From NCBI GenBank assembly GCA_044892525.1, contig CM097885.1:51648001-51712000 (forward strand): a DNA stretch of 64,000 nucleotides. The letters run 5' to 3'. Of this stretch, positions 54,711 to 64,000 are shown one piece after another. This DNA comes from Schmidtea polychroa (taxonomy: Eukaryota). The notes below the pieces were generated by a model that was not told the origin of the DNA, did no database searches, and worked only from the letters and a program-made list of their open reading frames with translations. A program made the translations under genes and the position numbers. Position 1 is the first letter of the stretch; each line of letters starts with the position of its first letter.

Positions 54711-57164
54711 ATCATATTATAGAAATCTATATCTCCTTAGAAAGGTCTTGCACAGAGCTTTAAAATAAGCTATCGATCAATATAATATGTTGGCGGGAAC
54801 ATTAATCTTTGGGATGACAAAAAGTAGGTCCCCTCTGGATCACTTAATAATATTTTGAAAAATAATAATAATTTAACGTTGAAAAGATGGTGGTCATCAT
54901 TTGTTAATAACATTAAAACTATTAAAGATATATAAGATACCTATAGCTCATTCGAAAGGTCTTGGACTGAGCTTGAAGATGAGGTATCGGTTAATAAAAT
55001 TTGTTGGCGGGAACATTACTTTTGGGAAGAAAAAAAGTAGGTCCCCGCTGGATCACTTAATTTAAAAAAAAATTACGTAATAGTTCTAAAAATATTAGGC
55101 TTCGTTCTAAAAATATTAGGCATTGATTACGTAATAGTTCTAAAAATATTAGGCATCGTTCTAAAAAAAAAATAAAATTTTTTCCCGGGGGGGGAGGGGG
55201 TATATGTGATCTGGAGGGGACATGGCCGGGGGAGCCCACATCCTACTACTAAAATCACATTATTAAAGACAATTTTCGCCTATATTTAACTAAAGAAAAT
55301 TACTGATTATACTTTAAACATCCTTTTTGTTTTCTTTAAAACTTGACCATATTTATAACTTCATGCTTAATTGTAGAATTTTTTTAGTTATTACAGTTAG
55401 ACCCGTAGGTACTTTTCTTTAAAATAAATTTTAAATGGGCTTATAATTTTATGAACTTTTAAGTCCAGTCATATGTTAGTGACATATTCATTGAAGTATT
55501 AAATTCTTTTATTAAATTAATTTTGATCAAACAACTACTCATGGTAGATGATCGCTAAAGCTGAAATAAAAAACGACTGAAATAGATTTGCAATAATAAT
55601 GTCTTTTTTATGAATCTTGGCTTTGAAGAAATAATCGAATTGGAGTCTATATTTGCCAGCATTTATTGGTTAAGCCGATAAATATGAAATATTGTTAGAA
55701 ATTTAAATAATAGAGAAATACATTTGTTAATGTTCTGGGATCTCATATGTGCAGATATTGTCCTTTATGTACAAATGTTAGGGTGCTACAAGATTTTCAT
55801 GCCACATTTTCTCATCCATTATCATCATGGAAATTCAGCCTTGCACTTCACTGATAATATCAGATCTCACTACCCCGCTTTGACAATTAGCTTTTCTTTG
55901 ATTTTAAACAAATTCAAATTTGTACTAACCTTTATCATCTTAAGGCGCTGAAGATTATTATTATTATTCCAATTATTTAGAGTAATTTGATGGAAATTAT
56001 CAGAAATCCTACTCTAAATCGAGTTGTTGAAAAACAATTCAGTAAAACAATCAACATGATTTGTACATAATAATTTGCTTAATCAACATTTTGGTATTTT
56101 TATACAAAAAATATTTGGACGTTACATATTATAACACGTGTTACTTATGCGAAGAAGATATTTTAACCAATCCATCTTTTTTTTGAAATAGTTACATTTA
56201 CGCATCAAATGTGTTTAATTTTTAATTAATGTGTTATATTTTAACAAAAAATAAATCACATGTATATATAATTATAAAATAATTTTTTTATAATAAATGT
56301 ATTTTTGTAAATTCAATACACAGACACACAGACACACATATATATATCTATATATATCTATATATCTATATATATATAAAATCAAATATTCATCTAATAA
56401 TGAAGCACAGAAATGAAATTATATTAATCAGTAATTAAGGATTCCCTTAAGCTCTAATTATATTTTATACCTAAGATAGTTTCCGCAGCACTAATAGGTT
56501 TCGTGTCATCCTTTATTAAAAGATTCATCAAGACTATGAACTAAATATTTTCTATTAAAAATGCATTTTACGGGTATATGTAAATTGTCTGCGCTTAATT
56601 AGCAATAATATTAAGAATTAATCAACCACAAGACATTTAAGTAAAAACGGCTAGAAAGTCTTTGATATTTATGATATTATGTGTTGGCTGAATTGAAATG
56701 AATAAAATTATTCTTGTTCTTTGAAATTAATTATTAGAATAATTCATTAATTTCTATAAATGTTTTACTAGCAAATCAGTTCATAATTACAAGAGAACTA
56801 TTAATAACCGTTAACTATTTATTAATAATTAATTTAAATACAAACTATAAATAATTATTTATTATAATAAATGAAAAAAAAACCATTTTAATTGAAATAA
56901 TACAGAAATAAATATCAAAATCAAAAATTTATAAATATTTGTTTGATTTTTATTTTATCTGTTGTTTTCTGACTAAATTTTTTTTTCAACGAAATCGAAA
57001 ATAAAAACTTTTACTGATAATAAAAGTCGGTAATACAGTCACATTTCATTGATGACTTTGAAAAAATTTAAAAGTTGTGTTGTCAATAATTACGCACGAA
57101 AGCTCCAGTAAAAATTCTACAAAAATTTTAAATTTAATACCGACATACTCAATATGTTGTATTT

Positions 57165-57303
57165 ATTATAAAACTTTACTATGAATCATAAAATATATCA
57201 AAAACATCGATATATTTACTTATTAATAGTCAAGCTTTTTAATACATACAATGTCAATGGAAAAGAAATCAGTGGTTAAATTTGAAAAAAAGTTCTTATA
57301 ATA
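57165..57303 (+). mobile_element. Copy of the hairpin-plus-tail element
   Basis: Same hairpin and tail as 22936-23082. Confidence 0.75.
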
Positions 57304-58899
57304 ATCAATATGGTAATCGCATATGATTTAACAATCTTTTACGCTATTTCAATTAAAGAAAATATTGGAAGTAAGTTTAAAAATATTATAAAAAATAGAA
57401 ATTGAATGGAAATGTTACGGCTATAATCAGGAATCCTGAATATTTCTTTTCTCTTCATTTTAAACTATAACTTAATATTTTGATTTATTTAACATAGATT
57501 TTAATAGCACAGTTTTCTTCAATAATTTTAAAATAGAATAAAGATGATGAATAAAATAAAGAAGTTTATTAATATGACTTGTGATATATAACCTTTTCAA
57601 TAATTTAATTATGTTATTAATTAAATTCTTACTAAACCTGTGAAACCAAATCTTGTTTGACACTTAAAATAAATACAGAAACAAGACCAAAATTAAAAAT
57701 ACATAATGAAATTATTATTTAAAAATTAATAAAATTTTTATCAAAATTTTAATACCGAAAAAATCCAAATTAATTGTCATTGGAAATAAAAATTAATAAA
57801 ATGTTTTTTTTCTTATTTACAATGATGTAAAGATATATTATTCGTGTGCAACAAGACATCCATTTGCTTCTTGCTATCGAACACATTAATTTGAATAATA
57901 TAATATAATATTATATATAATTATATTATATTTTCGTATTTATTTTGTTCTAATAAAATGGTAAAAATTAGAAAATATTAAAAAAAAATATAAAAATTTC
58001 AAAAAATCAATATCTTTTTGGAAAATTAACTTTAGAAAATTAACAATGATAAAATTTCTAAAATAAATTTTTCAAATATCAAACACAATAAAACACCGAA
58101 AACAAAACATGTGCTTTTTTCTCATTGGTATTACATTAAAAGTAGATATTTTGATTCATTAAATATGAAGAAATTGTTAAAAATTGTTTTCCTTATCGAA
58201 AATTAAGTTTTCCACAATCGTTGAGTCTAATGTAATTTAATTATTTATTATTTAATTATTAATAAATTTTATTTGAGTAGCTTAAGATAAAAATAAGAAG
58301 TTTAAATTGCTCCTGTAGACAAACCATTTTTTTTTGAATTTACATAATTTATAATTTACATTTTCGTATCAAAAGTCTGTAAAACATAACTATTCTGTTT
58401 TATGGTCCTAGAAATCATTAGTTGTACCATGATTACGGTTTAAATGAGATTTACTATAGAAAACTTAATTTTCATGTTATTTTTTATTTCAATTTTTTAG
58501 TTAGATTTCTACTATAAACCAAATTAATTTTTTAATCAAATTTAAATTATTATTTATAATTCAAAAATTTTTAGTATATATTTTTCCACTTTGTCATCGC
58601 GACAAAAATATTACTAAATTCTATTTCACTAAATTGACCACGCCTGTCAAAATGATGAGTTTTACAATTTTGTTTGAAAATCCCTACTTCAAGTTAATTT
58701 TTTCCACACCAATGTCATGACATTTCTAGCAATAATATAATAAATATTATTAGGTTCTTAATTTGGTTTTTATTTAAAAGTCAAAATGTCTTTGATTATC
58801 CTTGATACTTATACCAATACCATTCAAAACGATCGATGCATTTTTCATATGATAGAATCACTTTAAGTAGCTATATTAAATGACCAATAAATTTGGAAA

Positions 58900-59420
58900 A
58901 AAATAGAAAAAGAATATCAGTTCACCCGAACCTACAGCACTTGTAAAAAGAAATATTATGAAGAGGGAGATAAATAACGCATTTGTATTAATTATTGATA
59001 ATTATATTTTAGGACATGTTAGAAGCCTCGCGAGTTTTGGACAAATAATGGATACTTATGTAAGTAAAATTGAAAGATTTCATTGCGATATTGAGAAACT
59101 TTGAGAATTGCATATCAAATTTTCTTTCCGAAACTATGAATAGGCATGATTTCACAGAGAGTTTGCATTATATTCGCTTCGACAAAAAAATAAGGGCAGC
59201 GGACATTTACAAAGAGACAAATTCGGTTTAATTTCTTTAGTTTCATTCTTGTTATGTCTAGTTGAAGAACCTGCCTTTGAATATCAGATTTCAAGAAAAA
59301 GATTTCAAAAAACTGATAACTCAAGTTCAAGTAGAACTATACACGAAAATGGTGTCAAATAGGACATTTCAATAATAATAAGACCACGACTATATGTAAT
59401 GTATGCAAAAACTCTGCTAT
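58900..59420 (+). pseudogene. Internally deleted piggyBac transposase remnant
   Basis: FLSETMNRHDFTESLHYIRFDKK..LQRDKFGLIS and the C-terminal Cys-rich RKWCQIGHFNNNKTTTICNVCK. Confidence 0.75.
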
Positions 59421-61169
59421 ATATATAATGTTTTAATCAATTAAAAATCACAATGATAATTAAATTAAAGCTATCTCTTTATTTTAGTTAGTCTAACTCA
59501 ACTTATTAATTATTTTTTAAAGATACAAAATCTTTAAATCCCATTAAGCCTTTTTAAAGACCAATCATTTTGATAGGTTTTGTTAGAAATTGGTATATTA
59601 GATTTGACGGTAAATCTAGTGTTAACCAATCACAATAGTTTTAATAATGTTTATTTTTGAACAAACTTCATATTTATTTTAAAATAATATTGTTCCGGTC
59701 TAAAACTAAAGAATAATTGCAGAAAAACTGATATAATAACAACTTTAAATAAATAAATTAATAAAATATTTTGGAGATAGGAATGTCAATAAATTATATA
59801 TATTTTTGTAGAATATAATATTAGTTTATTATAAGTTTAAGTTTATTATTGTCTCGAGATTTTTGTGAGTTTGCTATTGGGCTAAAATTAAGTTAAATAA
59901 AATATATTTGATTAATGTCAACAAATACGACATGTTTCTCTAATTAAAAGATGAAAAAATTGGGAAAAAATTTAGTTAAGAGTATATTTTCTAAATGTGT
60001 TTTTGAATTTTAAGTACTTTAAATGTCTCTCAAACTTGATTGGAATGATTATAAAATTTTAACCTAAATACAACAGCTATTATACTAATTTATAGAAGAT
60101 TAAATTTTTAATAGAAGTATTAAAACCCTTAATTAAGCAATGAAAATAAGAAGTTTTCAAATATTTAAATGGATTTGATTTAATATATCTAAAATTGATG
60201 AGGGATATTATTAGAATCTATATCATTTATTTATAGCATTAATTCGAAATTTATTTCAGTACCAGTTCAAACTAAAGTAATTTTAATATTTTAAAAATTA
60301 TTTAAAAAAAATATTTTTTGAGACAATTAGTTATATAATATTGACAATAAAATTTTCAACATTCATCATTCATAAAAACTGTATAATTTAAAACTTTAAA
60401 CATTTGCTTTTTATTTAACTAAAAATAATTTCTAAATAAATAATAATATCATTTTAAAATAATTTTGATTTTAAAATTTTATTTTATAATTTTTCTCCTC
60501 ACAAAAATATTTTTGGCATAAAAATACTAAAAAATACTAGAAAAAATAATAGAAAATACTACAAGGCTGTTAATATTTAAAAAATGTGTTTGCTTTTATA
60601 AAACAAATTAGTCGATATTAAGTTCTAAAAGTTCCACAAATTTCCACAATGTGTCTATGACATTAAAGTTCAACCATTAAAAATACATTTCTTAATGTTC
60701 AACTTTAGAATTATTTCAAATATTTTGGGGTGTTGAAAAAACCCAGAAACAATTATTTATTATTAAATTCCTAAACGAGAATTTCCCAGATGTCTAAAGT
60801 AGGATGAGTAAGATGTCCAAACATGAAACATTTTTTAAAACAACGCAAAATTTCACATTTGAATAGTCTTAATTTTATCTAATTAATTATATCAAGGGAA
60901 AATAAATATATCATTATTTAAACAAATTAAATTCATTTTAGACTTCTGATAACTTTTTAAATTGTTGGGTTTCGAGTTTTCATTTTAAAAATAATTTTGT
61001 AACTTTTATTTTTTAAATATAAATCTTGGGAATTCTTTGCAATTAGATATTTTTTTTAATTTCAACCACTCAAACTAATTATCTTAAGATCAGACCACTT
61101 GTACAACATTTTATGTTTGAATAAATTAAATGGCAAAAAAAATCAAAACTTTTCTTAATATTTAATTCA

Positions 61170-61372
<203 letters not shown>

Positions 61373-62661
61373 AAATGTAAAATTTTTGTTAGCTTATACA
61401 TACATGTATATAAATTTTATTTGTTTTTCTTGTAGTGTTTTATCATCTTTTTATATTTACAACTGCAATATTCCTTTAATCTTTCAATAACTTGATATTA
61501 CAGCAACATTGTTTTTATTCGTGATAAATTAAGAACAGTGTGTAATTTTCCTAAAATCTCCTAAAGTTTGCATTTTATTTCATTTCACTTCTGATAGTTT
61601 GAATTAGAAATGTTACTACTGAAATATCAAAAATTTGTTTAATTCTAAACGAAAACATATATTAATATTTTGAAATTAATTTCTAGAGTAATGTAAAAAA
61701 ATGTAATGTTTAGAATTATGTAAATAACTTCATATTTTATAAAGATATTAAACTATACTACTCACAAAAACGTCAAGTGAAACAAAAATTGTTATTACAT
61801 ATGCTAATCTTTATATAAGCTTAAAAATATATTTGGTATGCCTAAATGAATTTCAATTTCATAGGTTCATAATGTATTCTTTTGGGACAAAAGTCGTATA
61901 ATATATAAAATTTACTCACTTTAAAGACAAATACGTAACATGGATTTCAATAACAATAAAAACCATTTCCTCCATAATTTTGGCTTTATTATTTTTTTTC
62001 TAATTAATTTATTCTTTTTTAATTAATTTAAAATTAGTTTAGTAAAAGTCATATTTGAATAGGATGATAATTTAATATTTGGTTTTAGCAGCTACTAAAG
62101 TAAAATAAATTATCAGATTTACAAAGCCTTTTATGTGTAGGTCCCGTTCAATAAGAGGATAAATTGTATTTCCGACATCCTTATAACGTTAATTACTGGA
62201 AATGTAAAAGAACAATTACACTAATAGCCAAACGTTATTATTAAAAATCCACTAACAATTTAAGTAATACCAATAGAAATGTATTATCAAACTTTATGTC
62301 AAAAGTAAATGATATGGGTTGCTGTCCATTGCATTACACAAAAAGTCAAACATATTATTAGTAATTTTAGAATATCAATCACTAGTACATGTTTTACGGG
62401 TTCAAAAAACTCAAATGCTATTTTATGAGGAATGGTTAATTTCTAGAAAAACGACGTAACTATTTTTTAAACCAAAAATATGAATTTAGATGGTTAAGAT
62501 GACTATCAACATAACAGTTGGCGTAATTTGAAAAACAAATGAGTAGACAGTTAAAATTTTGATTAAAATTAGTTTGGTCACTGAAACATTTGTTAAGGGT
62601 CTTAATTCTAGTCCAGATGGTAGTCAACAAATTCAATATTATATATTAATAACTAACTAAC

Positions 62662-62996
62662 TTTGGCAGATTTTAAAGAAGGGTAGCCGGAATCCTCTAC
62701 CATGACCTTTACTTTCTGCAATCCGAGTAAATCTCTATGTAACGGCCTATTTATTGTTATTTTCCCAGTTTTTTTATCAATATCAAAAATGGACTGTTGA
62801 AGGTTCTCTGAGGCTGAATTTTCTAAGTAATACGACAGTTGACTGACATTATTAACATCATTATCAGTTGCCTTTACAACTGCTATAACGAATCCGACCT
62901 TTTCCCGAATTGACATTTTAACAACGTAATCAACATTGGAGTGATCTGTGTAAGTGTTATTAAACTGTGGATTTATCGGCGTAGATTCATCTTTTT
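62662..62996 (-). CDS. Protocadherin exon: last extracellular cadherin repeat (upstream exons lie beyond the window)
   Basis: Translates ..VVKMSIREKVGFVIAVVKATDNDVNNVSQLSYYL..FDIDKKTGKITINRPLHRD..VMVEDSGYPSLKSAK, with the cadherin motifs AxDxD and DxGxPxL. The AG acceptor is at 62998-62997 and the GTTAGT donor at 62661; it splices in phase 0 to the 40850 exon. Confidence 0.93.
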
Positions 62997-63549
62997 CTAA
63001 AATATAAAATAAAATATTAAATATAAGAATTTACCAAATTTTTAAATAAAATAATTCAATTAACTAAATATTACTCATTAAAATATGTCAAAAATTCCTT
63101 GAAAGTAGAATAATAAACATTAATAATTATTGAAAATTTTATTTCTCTACCTGGGAAAAAAATCTACATCAATGGATTTGTTATCCAAAAATATCATAAT
63201 GCCAATATTTATTTTTTCGACAAATTTATCCGACATAAATCAAATACGACTGCAATTCTTTCATATGAACAAACGAAAAAGAAATCTTTCAAAAAATATT
63301 TGCAGACAGTAACTGTGGTAAAACGATAGAACAAAAGGCATCACAAATACAATATTTCAATTTTGCTTGTAGATAAAATTAATTGTATATATTAATAAAT
63401 ATTTTTAATAATAAGTTGATATTATTATTATCTATACTATTAAAAAAAACGGGTTTAGCCGATTTATCGCGACTAATTATGAGTCAATACAAATATAGTA
63501 AGCGAAATATTTATTTTCTAATATTACCGCGAGCACATATAAAAAATAA

Positions 63550-63965
63550 TTGTCACGGAATTGCTTATTGCAAAGGTTCCTGTCACAGAAAATCAGGTGT
63601 ACCAGAAAATACACGTGTCAATCTATCTGTCACAAAAATTACAGAACGATCAACACTAGCGATGTGATATTTGTACATATCATTCTGACTTCTATTTCTA
63701 GTTCAACTGTATTATTTTCAAATTTCAAATTTCTTTATTTTGTTCGATTTTAGGTTTTAATTTGATAAACAAGTGACTCTGACTCATACATGTGAATGTA
63801 GCAATGTCAAGATTGAAGGATTCGATAATATTGTTTATCATTTCCGATGATCAATATAAGACTACGGATATTGTATAAAACTAATAATAGGATGAATAAA
63901 ATTAATTATAATGAATAAAAAAAAAGTTTGAATTATCCCGGACAAAACCGTGTAGTAAAGCTAAT
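63550..63965 (+). pseudogene. Helitron helicase C-terminal remnant and degenerate 3' end
   Basis: DVIFVHIIL..FKF..VRF, INK, NVAMSRL..LFII..KTTDIV follows the order of Pif1-like Helitron C-terminal motifs; the end CCCGG..CCGTGTAGTAAAGCTAAT looks like a decayed hairpin-CTAG. Confidence 0.55.
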
Positions 63966-64000
63966 ATGATTATGACTTAAGCTTTCTGTAAACCAATGAT

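Larger units (their letters stand above)
43305..55250. mobile_element. Non-autonomous Maverick/Polinton-type element, almost entirely palindromic (11,946 bp)
   Basis: Termini 5'-AGTAGTA...TACTACT-3' with a perfect 6-bp TSD AAAATC (43299-43304 and 55251-55256). GC-rich related ends (GCTCCCC..CACATATAC..CCCCGGGAAA). Inverted arms 43305-49039 and 50165-55250. No recognisable intact pPolB, integrase or capsid ORF. Confidence 0.88.

Noticed and set aside
43305..55250. Palindrome as a pure sequencing/assembly fold-back artefact
   Set aside because: The arms differ by SNPs, indels and repeat counts, there is a unique spacer, and the symmetry stops exactly at Maverick-type termini with a TSD. Read-level confirmation is still needed.

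Overview
Very AT-rich metazoan genomic DNA with ~50-bp introns and many (AAT)n/(TA)n tracts; a planarian-type flatworm is my inference. The only clear host gene is the 3' part of a minus-strand delta-like protocadherin: five in-frame exons (62996-62662, 40850-40521, 40466-40347, 40296-40134, 37358-37177) encoding the last cadherin repeat, the TM helix and a cytoplasmic tail with a DSGKGASD motif. Its 21.8-kb intron holds the most striking object in the window, an 11.9-kb non-autonomous Maverick/Polinton-type element (43305-55250; AGTAGT...ACTACT ends, 6-bp TSD AAAATC). Almost the whole element is one palindrome of ~5.7- and ~5.1-kb arms around a 1.1-kb spacer, and the arms are most similar at the centre. 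A second, decayed Maverick (integrase plus penton-like remnants) lies at 14.4-17.1 kb and shares a ~70-nt repeated motif with the palindrome. The window also contains several hammerhead-ribozyme motifs (a 370-bp tandem retrozyme-like repeat and Penelope-type pseudo-LTR hairpins, one with a U3-A8 core variant) and a small hairpin family present in flip and flop forms. The rest is decayed mariner, hAT, piggyBac, MULE, Helitron and Penelope pieces, tandem duplications and microsatellites. All homology calls are from visual motif recognition; no searches were run.
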